From contig NC_043026.1 of assembly GCF_006345805.1 (NCBI RefSeq), positions 12,441,579-12,505,578 of the forward strand: a stretch of 64,000 bases of DNA. Direction: 5' to 3'. Below, in pieces: positions 40,940 to 56,420 of the stretch (its first letter is position 1; every line of letters begins with the position of its first letter). A program made the position numbers and the translations under genes. The notes under the pieces are model-generated. The model saw only the letters and a list, made by a program, of their open reading frames with translations, made no database searches and had not been told where the DNA came from. This stretch comes from Octopus sinensis. Lineage: Eukaryota.

Positions 40940-41637
40940 GGAATGGTCAGTGGCAAGAGAGGAAGAGGTTGACCAAGAACCCGCTGGCTTGACACCATCA
41001 AGAGTGATACCGGAATGGACATAGGCAGTCTGAAAGAAGCGGCCCAGGATAGAACTGACTGGAGGACACTGATCCATGGAGTAACCGAGAGTCGACTTCG
41101 ACTGAGCGGATAGATAGATAGATATATTATATATATACGGAATGGTCAGTGGCAAGAGAGGAAGAGGCCGACCAAGAACCCGCTGGCTTGACACCATCAG
41201 GAGTGATACCGGAATGAACATAGCCAATCTGAAAGAAGCGGCCCAGGATAGAACTGACTGGAGGACACTGATCCAACGAGTGACCGAGACTCGACTTCGA
41301 CTGAGCGGATATATATCATCATCATCATTTAGCGTCCGCTTTCCATGCTAGCATGGGTTGGACGGGTCAACTGGGGTCTGTGAAGCTGGAAGGCTTCATC
41401 AGGCCCAGTCAGATCTGGCAGTGTTTCTACGGCTGGATGCCCTTCCTAACGCCAACCACTCCGCGAGTGTAGTGGGTGTTTTTTACGTGCCACCTGCACA
41501 GGTGCCAGACAGAGCTGGCAAACGGCCACGAACGGATGGTGCTTGGCCGTTTGCCAGCTGAAAGAAGCGGCCCGGGATAGAACTGACTGGAGGACACTGA
41601 TCCAACGAGTGACCGAGAGTCGACTTCGACTGAGCTG

Positions 41638-41671
<34 letters not shown>

Positions 41672-41845
41672 CGGAATGGTCAGTGGCAAGAGAGGAAGAG
41701 GTCGACCAAGAACCCGCTGGCTTGACACCATCAAGAGGGATACCGGAATGGACATGGCCAGTCTGAAAGAAGCGGCCCAGGATAGAACTGACTGGAGGAC
41801 ACTGATCCAACGAGTGACCGAGAGTCGACTTCGACTGAGTGGTTA
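40940..41845 (+). mobile_element. Repeated ~170-bp 3' ends of an RTE-type LINE (3 copies plus 1 partial)
   Basis: Encode GMVSGKRGRGRPRTRWLDTIRSDTG...LKEAAQDR.DWR; separated by (TA)/(GATA) runs. Confidence 0.75.
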
Positions 41846-42305
41846 GAAAGAAAGAAGAAGAATTTGGATATGGCTAGCCTTAGCAAGAATGTTCATGGAA
41901 AAGCTTAATAACATCTGGGGCAGCGAGAGTGTCTCAAGTAAAAAACGAAGCTGGTGCAAGCACTTGTTAGGCCAGTGGGTGGTACGGCCCTTTGGGAAGT
42001 GGGTGGTGGGCAGCATTGATGAAAGTTGGACGATAATGGGGTGGCCAAAAGGGGTGTGGATGGGTGTATAAACAACAAAGTAATTGGTTAAATAGGTTAA
42101 GTTTTATTTGTGTAATATGGTTTTGAATTTGCTTCAGAAAGTGGTAGGAGTGGCTGTGTGGTAAGTAGCTTGCTAACCAACCACATGGTTCCGGGTTCAG
42201 TCCCACTGCGTGGCATCTCGAGCAAGTGTCTTCTGCTATAGCCCCGGGCCAACTAATGCCTTGTGAGTGGATTTGGTAGACGGAAATTGAAAGAAGCCTG
42301 TTGTA

Positions 42306-42358
<53 letters not shown>

Positions 42359-43659
42359 ATATGTTTGTCTGTGTTTGTCCCCCTAGCATTGCTTGACAAC
42401 CAATGCAGGTGTGTTTACGTCGCTGTCACTTAGTGGTTCGGCAAAAGAGACCGATAAAATAAGTACTGGGCTTACTAAGAATAAGTCCCGGGGTCGATTT
42501 GCTCGACTAAAGGCGGTGCTCCAGCATGGCCGCAGTCAAATGAATGAAACAAGTAAAAAAAAAAAATATTTGTGGAGGTGAATGAGGTGAAGAAGGGCTC
42601 TAAGAATGTAACCTGGATACTAAGGGGAGAAGTAGCCTGAAAATGTTTGGGAACCTCTGCATTAGGCTAATAGGCATTTATAGTTGTAAAGCTTGGACTG
42701 TCAACAAATTTGAAGAGAATATAATCAGTGTGTTTGAAATGTGGTTATATAGGAGAATCAGAATCGAAATCGATCAACATCAATGGAAATTGTAGCTGTG
42801 ATACCAGTGCTGGTGGGACGTAAGCGAACCATCCGAACATGGCCGTTGCCAGCGCTGCCCCGACTGGCTTCCGTGCCGGTGGCACGTAAAAAGCACCTTC
42901 CGATCGTGTCTGTTGCCAGCCTTGCCTGGACCCCGTAAAAGCACCATCCAATCGTGGCCGTTTGCCACATAAAAAGCACCCCCTACACTCACAGAGTGGT
43001 TGGCGTTAGGAAGGGCATCAAGCCGTAGAAACATTGCCAGATCAGACTGGGCCTGGTGCAGCCTTCTGGCTTCCCAGACCCCAGTTGAACCGTCCAACCC
43101 ATGCTAGCATGAAAAGCAGACGCTAAACGACGATGATGATGATGATGACAGGAGAATGTTACAAGGACAATTGACAAGTCCCTTAACCTGTTGGGGCATT
43201 GCAGCATATCTAGATTAAGGAAGCCTGACAGAACCCATCCCTACCCAGGCTAAACTCATTTCTACAGCTGAGTGAACTGGAGCAACATGGAAGTGTTTTG
43301 CTCAAGAATACAAAGAACTGCCTAGTCCAGGGATTGAAACCACAATCTTATGGTCACGAATCCAATACCCTAACTGCTGAGCGATGTGCTTCCACTGGTG
43401 ATACTCATTTCTACAGCTGAGTGGATTAGAACAATGTGAAGTGGTTTTGCTCAAGAACACTACACATCACCTGGTCTTACAAGGACCATTGGGCAAATTA
43501 CTGCATGTGTAGAGGGCAGTAGATCAAGAGGCAGGCAAAGAATGTGTGGATGGACAATATCTTAAGCTGGTAGGACATGAGTGGCAAGGCAGTTGGAGAG
43601 TCCGTTCTTAATCAGTCCGTGCTAGGGTGCCAAGAGCACCATCCAAGCATTATCATTGC

Positions 43660-44090
43660 CAGAGCAGCTAACTGGCTTCCGTGCCGGTGGCAAGTAAAAG
43701 GCACCATTCGAGCGTGATCGTTACCAGCGTCGCCTTACTGGCACCTGTGTCGGTGGCATGTGTAAAAATATTCGAGTAAGGTCATTGCCAGTACCACCTG
43801 ATTGGCCTCTGTGCCAGTGGCACGTAAAAGGCACCATTTGAGCGTGATCGTTACCAACGTCGCCTTACTGGCACCTGTGTCGGTGGCATGTGTAAAAAGA
43901 TTCGAGTAAGGTCATTGCCAGTACCACCTGATTGGCCTCTGTGCCAGTGACACGTAAAAGGCACCATTTGAGCGTGATCGTTACCAGCGTTGCCTTACTG
44001 GCACCTATGTCGGTGGCATGTGTAAAAAGATTCGAGTAAGGTCATTGCCAGTACCGCCTGACTGGCTCCCTGTGCCGGTGGCACGTAAAA
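43660..44090 (+). repeat. 121-bp tandem repeat (~3.5 units) in a SINE body
   Basis: GAGCGTGATCGTTACCA at ~43710, 43840 and 43970. Confidence 0.75.
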
Positions 44091-44399
44091 AGCACCCACT
44101 ACACTCTCGGAATGGTTGGCGTTAGGAAGGCCATCCAGCTGTAGAAACTCTGCCAGATCAAGATTGGAGCCTGGTGCAGCCATCTGGTTCGCCAGTCCTC
44201 AGTCAAAATCGTCCAACCCATGCTAGCATGGAAAGCAGACGTTAAACGATGATGATGATATAAAGTTATCCTCCTGTTTATCTCTTATTCACTGCATGAT
44301 CACCTTTAATGTTTAGTATTTATATAAAATAATGCCAAATCTGTGAAATCTATAGTTTATTAATTGGACAAACATATGATTTGATCAGATGTTCTACAT

Positions 44400-44800
44400 G
44401 CGCAGGAGTGGCTGTGTGGTAGGTAGCTTGTTTACCAACCACATGGTTCCGGGTTCAGTCCTACTGCGTGGCACCTTGGGCAAGTGTCTTCTGCTATAGC
44501 CTCCAGCCGACCAAAGTCTTGTGAGTGGATTTGGTAGACGGAAACTGAAAGGAGCCCGTCGTATATATGTATATATATGCGTGTGTGTGTTTGTGTGTCT
44601 GTGTTTGTCCCCCTAGCATTGCTTGACAACCGATGCTGGTGTGTTTATGTCCTCGTCACTTAGCGGTTTGGCAAAAAGAGACCGATAGAATAAGTACTGG
44701 GCTTACAAAAGAATAAGTCCCGGGGTCGAGTTGCTCGATTAAATGCGGTGCTCCAGCATGGCCGCAGTCAAATGACTGAAACGAGTAAAAGAGTAAAAGC
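44400..44800 (+). mobile_element. Full-length tRNA-derived SINE (others at 42146-42555 +, 46120-46525 -, 51806-52199 +, 55704-56090 +)
   Basis: Conserved head, body and GTAAAAGA tail. Confidence 0.85.
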
Positions 44801-46543
44801 AGAGTATAAAAGAGTATGTAAAAATGACACAAAAATAATTTAAGAATAAACCAGCTTTATTTAGATTTCATGATGTCTTTAGAGAGAAATGATGTAAAAA
44901 ATAAAGATTATAGGCCACACAGTCAAGAAGATAAATCAAGGATGGTGAAACTCCTGCAAACAGATTCTATTGTGGCCGAAATATTCGTGCGTACAAAATA
45001 TAATAAATTTTTCAATTATAAAATGTATACAATATTCACATTCCTATTTGCGACATAGGTCGCATTTCCACTACGACTTAAAATGGTTAGTCTCAGAAAT
45101 TCTTCCATTTGAATGGAAATTTTGTTTTCACTCACTTATGCATACCTTTCCTTCTTGGGACACAAAACTCTACTTGTGAAGACCTGTTGAGGCAAGTGAA
45201 AATCAAAATCAAAATCGATCAACATCAATGGAAATTGTAGCTGTGATACCAGTGCCGGTGGCACATAAGAGGACCATCCGAACGTGGTCGTTGCCAGTGC
45301 AGCCCCGACGGGCTTCCGTGCCGGTGCCGGAGGCATGTAAAATGCACCATCCGATCGTGGCTGTTTGCCAGCCTCGTCTGGCCGCCATGCCGGTGGCACG
45401 TAAAAAGTACCATCCGATCGTGACTGTTTGCCAGCCTTGCCTGGCCTCTGTGCCGGTGGCACATAAAAAGAACCATCCGATCGTGGCCGTTGCCAGCCTC
45501 GCCTGGCCTCCGTGCCGGTGGCACATAAAAAGCACCATCCGATCGTGGCCGTTTGCCAGCCTCGTCTGGCACCTGTGCCAGTGGCACGTAAAAAGCAAAA
45601 AAGCACCCACTACACTCATGGTGTGGTTGGCATTAGGAAGGGTACCAAGCCGTAGAAACATTGCCAGATCAGACTGGGCCTGGTGCAGCCTTCTGGCTTC
45701 CCAGACCCCAGTTGCACCATCCAACCCATGCCAGCATGGAAAGCAGATGCTAAACGATGATGATGAACACACTAGCACTATGACCCAGTGTTGCCAGGTC
45801 TGGTGCTAGTGCTTGTTGTTCGTTGCCGGATCGTTTTACGGCATACTTAAGGAATGATAGCATATCAAGCATTTTTGGTCTTTCATGAAAATCCCGCTCT
45901 CTTGTCATTCACTTGGTCTAACTCCTTAATTATTCCCTGCATTTCTCAAATCAAAAAAGCGTGCACGTTTGAAAGCCAAAACGCATGATAACGCGTCTTC
46001 GCAAAACACAAAAGTGCACTGAGTCATACAGACTGTCTGCAAATGTGCACACGCATTCAACTGTCAAGTGTAAAATTATCTCGACACTCTAACCACTGAG
46101 CCGTGTGCTCTCTCTTTTTTTTTTACTCTTTTACTTGTTTCAGTCATTTGACTGCGGCCATGCTGGAGCACCGCCTTTAATCGAGCAAACTCGACCCCGG
46201 GACTTATTCTTTGTAAGACCAGTGCTTATTCTATCGGTCTCTTTTTGCGGAACCGCTAAGTGACGGGGACGTAAACACACCAGCATCAGTTGTCAAGCAA
46301 TGCTAGGGGGACAAACACAGACACACAAACACACACACGCATATATATTTATATATACATATATACGACAGGCTTCTTTCAGTTTCCGTCTACCAAATCC
46401 ACTCACAAGGCATTGGTCGGCCCGGGGCTATAGCAGAAGACACTTGCCCAAGGTGCCACGCAGTGGGACTGAACCCAGAACCATGTGGTTGGTTAGCAAG
46501 CTACTTACACACAGCCACTCCTGCCACAAAAAAATATTTACTA

Positions 46544-47978
<1,435 letters not shown>

Positions 47979-50216
47979 TCAAGGATTCTCGCCTGTATGA
48001 ATACATTTGTGTGTAGTTAACTGATTACTAGTAGAGAATGATTTACCACAGGTATGACAGTCATATGGCTTCTCTCCTGTATGAATACGTTTATGTTTAG
48101 AGAGACAATCATTTCTAGCGAATGATTTACCACAGATATTACACTGATATGGCTTTTCACCTGTATGATTATGTTTATGATTAGTGAGACCCTCCTTTCT
48201 AGAGAATGATTTACCACAGATATCACACTGATATGGTTTTTCTCCTGTGTGAGTACGGATGTGTCTGGTTAAGTCACCGGTAGCAGTGAATGATTTACCA
48301 CAGATATCACAGTGATGAGGATTCTCACCTGTATGAATACGCTTGTGTATACTTAATGCACTACTTGTAGCGAATGATTTACCACAGATAATACACTGAT
48401 ATGGCTTCTCTCCTGTATGAATACGTTTGTGTGTAGTCAAGTCAGTACTTTTAGAGAATGATATACCACAGATATCACAATGATACGGCTTCTCTCCTGT
48501 ATGAATACGCATGTGGACAGTTAAGTCCGAAGTATTAGAGAATGATTTATCACAGACGTCACAGTGATATGGTTTCTGTTGAGCATGAATATATTTGTGT
48601 GAAGATAGGTTACTTAATTGAGTGAATGATTTACCACAGATATCACAATGAAATGTCTTTTCCTGCGTATGAATGCATTTGTGCATACGTAAAGCCGTTA
48701 AGTGAGAGAATGATTTACTACAGACATCACAACGATGTGGTTTTTCACCTGTGTGAATGCGTATGTGAACAGTTAAACCAATCTTTTGAGAGAACGATTT
48801 ACCACAGATATCACAATGATGTATCTTTTCCCCTGTATGAATACGTTTGTGAGTACGTAAAGAGGTTAAATGAGAGAATGATTTACTACAGACATCACAA
48901 TTATGTGGTCTTTCCCCTGTATGAATACGTATGTGAACGGTTAGGTCAATTTTTCGAATGAATGATTTACCACAGATATCACACTGATGTGGTTTGTTGC
49001 CTGTATGACTACGTTTATGACTAGTGAGACCATCATTTCTAGAGAAGGATTTACCACAGATATCACACTGATATGGCTTTTCTCCTGTATGAATACGAAT
49101 GTGTTTGGTTAAGTCACCAGAAGCAGTGAATGATTTACCGCAGATATCACAGTGATGAGGATTCTCTCCTGTATGAATACGTTTGTGTGCAGTCAAGTCA
49201 CTACTTCTAGAGAAGGATTTACCACAGATATCACAATGAAACGGCTTCTCTCCTGTATGAATACGCATGTGGACAGTTAATTCTGAAGTATTAGTGAATG
49301 ATTTACCGCAGACATCACAGTGATATGGTTTCTGTTGCATATGAATGTATTTGTGTGAAGATAAATTATTTAACCGACTGAATGCTTTACCACAGATATC
49401 ACAATGGTATATCTTTTCCCGTGCATGAATGCATGTGTGCAGACGTAACGCAGTTAAGTGAGAGAATGATTTATTACAAACACCACAATGGCATGGTTTT
49501 TCACCTGTGTGCGAGCGTATGTGAACAGTTAAACCAACCTTTTGAGAGAATGATTTACCACAGATATCACACTGATATGCCTTTTCTCCTGTATGAATAC
49601 GATTGTGAGTACGTAAAGAAGTCGTGTGAGAGAATGATTTACCACAGACATCACAATGATATGGTTTTTCTCCTGTATGAATGCGTTTGTGTGTGGTTAG
49701 GGTACTTCTTTGAGCGAATGATTTACCACAGATATCACACTGATGTGTCTTTTCCCCTGTATGAGTACGTTTGTGAGTATGTAAATTAGTTAAATGAGTG
49801 AATGATTTATTACAGACGTCACAATTATGGGGTTTTTCTCCTGTGTGAATACGTATATGAATAGTTAGACTGAACTTTTGAGAAAAGGATCTTCCACAGA
49901 TATCACAGCGGTACGGTTTTGCCCCTGTGTGAACACATTTGTGAGTATATAATTTAATTCTTTGAGAGAATGATTTACCACAGACACCACAATGATATGG
50001 CTTCTTGCCCACATGAATGTTTCTATGTTTAGCTAAGCAATTCTTTTTAGAGAATGATTCCCCACAAATATCACAGTGATATGGTTTCTCACTCCTATTA
50101 ATACACTCATGTTTAATGAGGTTACTTTCCAGAGAAAATGATTTTTGACAGATACCACAATGGTATGAGGATTTTTCAGTCACTTTCTGCATCTCTTCAA
50201 CAAAATAATAAATCAA
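47979..50216 (-). CDS. Poly-C2H2 zinc-finger protein, ~26 finger repeats (ZNF gene 5)
   Basis: 745-aa ORF (track start is TTG; first ATG is MQKVTEKSS at ~50192); ends at HTGENP* through an apparent 2-nt deletion before the minisatellite. Confidence 0.92.
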   Translation of the reverse strand: MIYYFVEEMQKVTEKSSYHCGICQKSFSLESNLIKHECINRSEKPYHCDICGESFSKKNCLAKHRNIHVGKKPYHCGVCGKSFSQRIKLYTHKCVHTGAKPYRCDICGRSFSQKFSLTIHIRIHTGEKPHNCDVCNKSFTHLTNLHTHKRTHTGEKTHQCDICGKSFAQRSTLTTHKRIHTGEKPYHCDVCGKSFSHTTSLRTHNRIHTGEKAYQCDICGKSFSQKVGLTVHIRSHTGEKPCHCGVCNKSFSHLTALRLHTCIHAREKIYHCDICGKAFSRLNNLSSHKYIHMQQKPYHCDVCGKSFTNTSELTVHMRIHTGEKPFHCDICGKSFSRSSDLTAHKRIHTGENPHHCDICGKSFTASGDLTKHIRIHTGEKPYQCDICGKSFSRNDGLTSHKRSHTGNKPHQCDICGKSFIRKIDLTVHIRIHTGERPHNCDVCSKSFSHLTSLRTHKRIHTGEKIHHCDICGKSFSQKIGLTVHIRIHTGEKPHRCDVCSKSFSHLTALRMHKCIHTQEKTFHCDICGKSFTQLSNLSSHKYIHAQQKPYHCDVCDKSFSNTSDLTVHMRIHTGEKPYHCDICGISFSKSTDLTTHKRIHTGEKPYQCIICGKSFATSSALSIHKRIHTGENPHHCDICGKSFTATGDLTRHIRTHTGEKPYQCDICGKSFSRKEGLTNHKHNHTGEKPYQCNICGKSFARNDCLSKHKRIHTGEKPYDCHTCGKSFSTSNQLTTHKCIHTGENP

Positions 50217-51017
50217 TCCTTTAAGTCTGTCACATTATCCATTGCTTCAATAGTTTTCTTCTCTCAGAACAATATACGGTTTATTTTCTTGTTTCACTTT
50301 TTATCTTTTATTTCTTTTAAATGTTTTACAGCTATTTTCTCATCAATTCTGACTTTACTCAATATCTGAAGATGCCACAAACATATTTGAAACTTCATCC
50401 AAATTTAATTACTAGAAGGCAAATTCATCTTGTACATACTGCAGACTACACAGTAGAGAAATGCTGCCATTAAACTCCGTTCACAAGAAATATTTCACTG
50501 TAGTTTACCACAGAATTATATATTTGTTGCATATAACGTTTTTCTTTAGTCTTTAAAAGATAATAAATGTTGATGATGAATCTGATGGAAGCAATTCTTT
50601 GATGTCACAGTTGTCTGATATTCTGAAATAAGAGAGAAACAACAGCATAAGATATAGAAGAATCATTTTAGTAGCAGAGATGCAACAATGGAAGCGTTAC
50701 TCCATTTCTACAGAGATAAATTCTAGAAGCAAACATTTCCTGAACAACTGAACTTTACTTTTCAATTTGTTATTAAATTGACATCACACAACATAGTCCA
50801 AAGCCTATATCATATATGTGGAGATGCAATGGCCCAGTGGTTAGGGCAGCAGACTCGCGGTTTCAATTCCCAAACCGGGGATTTTGAGTGTTTATTGAGC
50901 GAAAATATTTTTTTATCATTAAACTCTATTCACATTATATTAAAATATTGGCAATCAATCAGAAAGGACCCCAGAATTGTCGTTAGACTTGTTATTCATT
51001 CATTAGTTTCTCTAAAT

Positions 51018-51576
51018 TTCACCAACGCTGTCTTCGGAAGATCCTCAACATCAGCTGGTAAGACAGAAGAACTAACGTCAGCTTGCTACAAGAAGCAAAA
51101 ATGACCAGCATCGAAGCCTATGTCATCAAAGGCCAACTAAGATGGAGCGGCCACGCGGTTAGAATGACTGACGGACGACTTCCCAAACAGATCTTCTACT
51201 CCCAACTCAAAGACGGCAAGCGTACAAAAAGAAGGCCAGAAGAAACGCTACAAGGACTCCCCGAAAATGAACCTCAAAAAGTGTGACATTGACTTCACCA
51301 ACTGGGAGGAAACGACAAAAAAACAGACCACTCTGGAAAACCACCATCCATGAGGGAACGGCGAATTTCGAGTCGAAAAGGTCTGCGGAGCTGGAGGAGA
51401 AAAGACGACGACGGAAGGAGCGCCAACAACAACCACGTGCGACTCTCCCTTCCGGCACTAGATGTCTGCACTGTGACCGATCTTTTCGAGCAAGAATTGG
51501 TCTTATCAGTCACCTGCGGACTTACCAATAAATTTGTGCGAAGACCATCATCCTCGACCTTGAGGGATTGCCATCA
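51018..51576 (+). pseudogene. 3' fragment of an RTE-BovB/AviRTE-like LINE, antisense to ZNF5 in its upstream or intronic region
   Basis: FHQRCLRKILNISW*D...QLRWSGHAVRM.DGRLPKQIFYSQL and C-terminal CLHCDRSFRARIGLISHLRT zinc finger; one stop and a frameshift; short 3' UTR. Confidence 0.85.
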
Positions 51577-52389
51577 GTTTCTGTAATGAGCTTTCGGTTG
51601 GATGACGTGCTGAAGTGGAAGAGGAACAGCGCGTCTATAAGAGACATTGTTAGTGATAATATTTCATGTGTTCACAGTTGACAACACTTGCTCTCACGCA
51701 CTCACCGAAGCTAACGAATGAATGACATGTCTAACAACAACTTTGAGACCTATTCTGATTGACTGTAAATATATTAAACAAGAAATAATAAATTAAATAT
51801 TAATAGGCGCAGGAGTGGCTGTGTGGTAAGTAGCTTGCTTACCAACCACATGGTTCCGAGTTCATTCCCACTGCATGGCGCCTTGGGCAAGTGTCTTCTA
51901 CTATAATCTCGGGCTGACCAAAGCCTTGTGAGTGGATTTGGTAGACGGAAACTGAAAGAAGCCCGTCGTATATATGTATATGTGTGTGTGTCTGTGCTTG
52001 TCCCCCCCCCCAACATCGCTTGACTACCGATGCTGGTGTGTTTACCTCCCTGTAACTTAGCGGTTCGGTAAAAAAGAGACCGATAGAATAAGTACTAGGC
52101 TTACAAAGAATACAGTCCTGGGGTTGATTTGCTCGACTAAAGGCGGTGCTCCAGCATGGCCACAGTCAAATGACTGAAACAAGTAAAAGAGTAAAAGAGC
52201 TTTGAAAATTTGCAAATTTGGGGTAATTTTAGCCAATCAAATGCCACAGACACATTAAAATTCCGGCAACGAGGATTAGTTAACTCTGGATTTCACCCCT
52301 ATATAGTTCGTGAATTTAGAGGGTTTAGATTTGCGATACTATCCCTTTACCTCCCATCGTAGATGGGCAGATTCCTAACCATTCCGCTC

Positions 52390-52566
52390 GCGCATTCACA
52401 GCAAACAAAGCATAGGGCCAGAGTTTAGATCGTGTAGGTGTATTTTAACCCACTCCGATGTTTACACACGGCCAGTTATACGTCGCTACGAGTAAAGCAA
52501 TTGGACTCCAGTAATCTGAAAATTAGTGTCGACCAAACAGAAAATATCGTCTACAAAGAAGCTTTG
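52390..52566 (+). pseudogene. Helitron RepHel (Pif1-type helicase) C-terminal fragment
   Basis: Translates as AFTANKA*GQSLDRVGVF*PTPMFTHGQLYVATSK and TENIVYKEAL, matching TINKAQGQS..VG.YL..PVFSHGQLYVALSR / T.NIVYKEVL. Confidence 0.85.
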
Positions 52567-53387
52567 TTATCCTATTGATATTATATATAATAATATAATA
52601 ATGAAATTATTGTATACAGTGCTTAGGTGCACCACAACTAGTCAGAGTATAGTACAAATGTCTGGAAAGCAAACAATGCATGAGTCAGATACATGCTTGT
52701 GTATGTATGGAGGGGAGAAAATCAGGTGTAGTGTTGTCGGATCTCAGAAAGCATGGAAGGAATATGTTTCCTAATTTAAATAAAGAAATTTGTGAACTTT
52801 GAATGTATACGAGTATAAACAAACGTAAACAACCAAAAGGATCGCCAATTCTGTTAAACAAAGTAAGATCGCGCACCGGGACCTCTCTTCTTCAGTAGTA
52901 CCCAGAGTTCTGTATCACCAACGATAATGTGATTTCTTTAAGACATTACCTATTTCTTTATTACCCGCAAGGGGCTAAACATAGAGGGGACGAACAAGGA
53001 CAGACATAGGTATTAAGTCGATTACATCGACCCCAGTGCGTAACTGGTACTTAATTTAGCGGCCCCGAAAGGATGAAAGGCAAAGTCGACCTCGGCGGAA
53101 TTTGAACTCAGAACGTAACGGCAGACGAAATACCTATTCCTTTACTACCCGCAAGGGGCTAAACATAGAGGGGACAAACAAGGACAGACATAGGTATTAA
53201 GTCGATTACATCGAGTCCCAGTGCGTAACTGGTACTTAATTTATCGACCCCGAAAAAGGACGAAAGGCAAAGTCGACGTCGGCGGAATTTGAACTTTAAG
53301 ACATCATCTAGTAATCTATCAAGTCCGTTTACACATTTCTCAGTACATAATGCTGTTATGACTTCCCTCTTTCATTTTATGCCGCCA

Positions 53388-54158
53388 GGTACTTACTAGC
53401 GAACAGTGGTCCCGGTGCGCGCACTCGCGCTAGCTAGTCGTAAGTAGTCGATCCTACAACGACTCGCGCGTACGTTTGTATTTCAAGGCTGAATACATAT
53501 CAAAGCCAGAAAGGCATAACTTCGTTATAAGTACCGGAAACATTTCAAGAAAGTGTTTTTATATATATATATATACTAGCAGTATCGCCCGGCGTTGCTC
53601 GGGTTTGTAAGGGAAATAACTATATAAGTATTTTTAGAGAGTTGTAGCCAAAAAATAGCAAAAAAATGCATTAAAAATGGAAAAAAAATTATGGTAAATT
53701 TTTTTTTAAATCGTTGACTCATCGTAGACATTTTTAGAGAATTACTTCCCTTATATAATAGCGAAAAAATGCATAAAAATGGAAAAAAATGATGGTAAAT
53801 TATTTTTAAAATCGTAGACTCATCGTAGACGCGCGCTAATACCCAGAAGGGCTCGATATGACTCACGACTATAAGATACCCGAATTTGGTTAAACTGCAC
53901 CGCAAAATGTGGGAGTAGTTAGGAATCTAAATCGTAGGAGACAGACAGCACACAACCTCACTTTTATATATAAAGATATATATATTGGGGGTTAGGGTTA
54001 GGGTTTTTTTCGAACAAAGTAAATAATTTTTTAAACTAAGTAAATAAATCATTTCTAAGGTTAGGATTAGGTTTAGGGTTAAAAAGACGTAGGATCGACT
54101 ACTTACGACTAGCCAGCGCGAGTGCGCGCACCGGGACCACTGTTCGCTAGTAGAACCA
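53388..54158. mobile_element. TIR element of the 618-1006 family carrying a nested Helitron
   Basis: ~70-bp TIRs TACTAGCGAACAGTGGTCCCGGTGCGCGCACTCGCGCT... at both ends. Confidence 0.75.
53576..53977 (-). mobile_element. Non-autonomous Helitron
   Basis: Minus strand starts TCTTTATATATAAAAGTGAG and ends with hairpin CCCGAGCAACGCCGGG followed by CTAG|T. Confidence 0.75.
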
Positions 54159-54445
54159 TACCGCCATAGCAGATGCGTAGATTTGCTCTTTATAGGTAAA
54201 CGTCTGGAGAAGGAAATAATTTTTTCCAATGCTGTTTACCTCTTTTCCCTTCTTTATTCTTGCTGCATCCTTGAAATGCCACAATTCAATTACTTATACA
54301 GATTATGACATATTTAAAGGAAATATGTGTAAGTTGTTTCCCCTTTATAAAATTTACTTCTTGAATTATCCTATAGATGGCTCTGCTCCTACCTTTTTAT
54401 CGTTTCTTGGGTTTGCTTCGCAAGACTCTGTAATCTTTCTCTCTA

Positions 54446-55495
54446 TCTATATATAAAGCTGAAGAAGGCGGCGAGGTGGCAGAAAGGTTAGCGCGCTGGG
54501 CGAAATGCGTAGCCGTATTTCGTCTGATGCTACGTTTTGAGTTCAAATTCTGCCGAAGTCGACTTTGCCTTTCATCCTTTCGGGGTCGATAAATAAAGTA
54601 CTAGTTACGCACTGGGGTCGATATAATCGACTTAATCCGTTTGTCTGTCCTCTCTGTGTTTAGCCCCTTGTGGGTAGTAAAGAAATACGTATTTCGTCTG
54701 CCGCTAACGTTCTGAGTTCAAATTCCGCCGAGGTCGACTTTGCCTTTCATCCTTTCGGGGTCGATTAAATAAGTACCAGTTACGCACTGGGGTCGATGCA
54801 ATCGACTTAATCCGTTTGTCTGTCCTTATTTGTCCACTCTATGTTTAGCCCCATGTGGGTAGTAAAGAAATAGGTATTTCGTCTGCCATTACGTTCTAAG
54901 TTCAAATTCCGCCGAGGTCGACTTTGCCTTTCATCCTTTCGGGGTCGATAAATTAAGTACCAGTTACGCACTGGTGTCGATGTAATCGACTTAATACCTA
55001 TGTCTGTCCTTGTTTGTCCCCTTTGTGGGTAATTAAGAAATAGGTATTTCGTCTGCCGTTACGTTGAGTTCAAATTCCGCCGAGGTCGACTTTGCCTTTC
55101 ATCCTTTCAGGGTCGATAAATAAAGTACCAGTGGGTAGTAAAGAAATATATATAAAGCTGAAGTTGTCTGTGTATGGCAGGTTTGGTAGCCTTCAACTAA
55201 CACTATCTCCTCCGAGACCCTGAGAGTATGATAGAAGAAGGCTTGCTCTTCCTTGTGTAGAAGAAAAACTTCAAATTGGACCATGTTAACACCAAAAATT
55301 AGTTACATCAAAAAGGTGCTTTTCTTCTATGAAAATCCCTATTTTTTACGATTTTTTGACTGCTGTGTTGTCATTTTTCGGTGTATTTCAACCAGAAAAA
55401 TGTTCACCTAAAGAGCTACATAATGCAAAATTTTTACTTTTCTAAATTCCAATTCTAAAGGGTCGAAACAAACCCGAGCAATGCTGGGTTTGTAC
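54446..55495 (+). mobile_element. Non-autonomous Helitron interrupted by a Deu/Nin SINE array (54466-55140)
   Basis: TCTATATATAAAGCTGAAG start (repeated at ~55147) and CCCGAGCAATGCTGGG hairpin near 55473. Confidence 0.55.
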
Positions 55496-56189
55496 TGATA
55501 CCTTTTCTACATGCCAAGCAGGGCCATCTTTCTGAAGTGATCTGCAATTTGTGTTTCCCTACTTATCAAATACTTTAGTCTTTGCTACATTAATTCTTGA
55601 AACTTCTTCTCTAGTTCTGGCAGTGATTCAGCAATAAGAAAAAGGTCATCAGCATTGAGGAGCTCCCAAGGGCAGCTGGTTTTAAATTCTTCAGTTATAG
55701 CATAGGCGCAGGAGTGGCTGTGTGGTAAGTAGCTTGCTTACCAACCACATGGTTCCGGGTTCAGTCACAATGCGTGGCATCTTGGGCAAGTGTCTTCTAC
55801 TATAGCCTCGGGCCGACCAAAGCCTTGTGAGTGGATTTGGCAGACGGAAACTGAAAGAAGCCTGTCGTATATATGTATGTGTTTGTGTGTCTGTGTTTGT
55901 CCCCCTAGCATTGCTTGACAACCGATGCTGGTGTGTTTACGTCCCCGTCACTTAGCGGTTCGGCAAAAGAGAGACCAATAGAATAAGTACTGGGCTTACA
56001 AAAGAATAAGTACCGGGGTCGATTTGCTTGACTAAAGGCGGTGCTCCAGCATGGCCGCAGTCAAATGACTGAAACAAGTAAAGAGTAAAGAGCATGGAGA
56101 ACCATGATAAATCAGAGAGGATTAGGAACCAAATCCTGGTGGAGTCCAACTTGTACACTAAACTACTTGCTATACTCATTAGCAACTCA

Positions 56190-56420
56190 CACAGATATCA
56201 TACAATCTGCCTTTCACTCTGAGAGAGAAGCCCTTTATTTCCAACAGAGGTAGGGGCTCTCAGAACTTTGTCCAGCCTATTCTTATTCTCACAGCTACAC
56301 TTGGAGAATCCACCTCCACTACTGACTTGGTCACTTAGGTAACAGAAGCTATCAACTACCTCTAGCTTACCCCACTGGCAGTCGATGGAGTCTGTTTTCT
56401 GTAGATTTTTAGCGTTTAAT
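56190..56420 (-). pseudogene. Degenerate RTE RT fragment
   Basis: Minus strand resembles KLEVVDSFCYL.DQVSSGGG...RIG..KF...PLL..KG.SLRVKGRLYD. Confidence 0.55.

Noticed and set aside
51700-51770. Candidate first exon and donor (CG|GTGAGT, minus strand) for ZNF5
   Set aside because: No NRF1-like motif or clear homology to the other first exons; too weak to call
53989-54080. TTAGGG telomere-like repeats (also 37327-37340 and 57030-57045)
   Set aside because: Only 2-3 imperfect units internal to MITEs; not a telomere or an interstitial array
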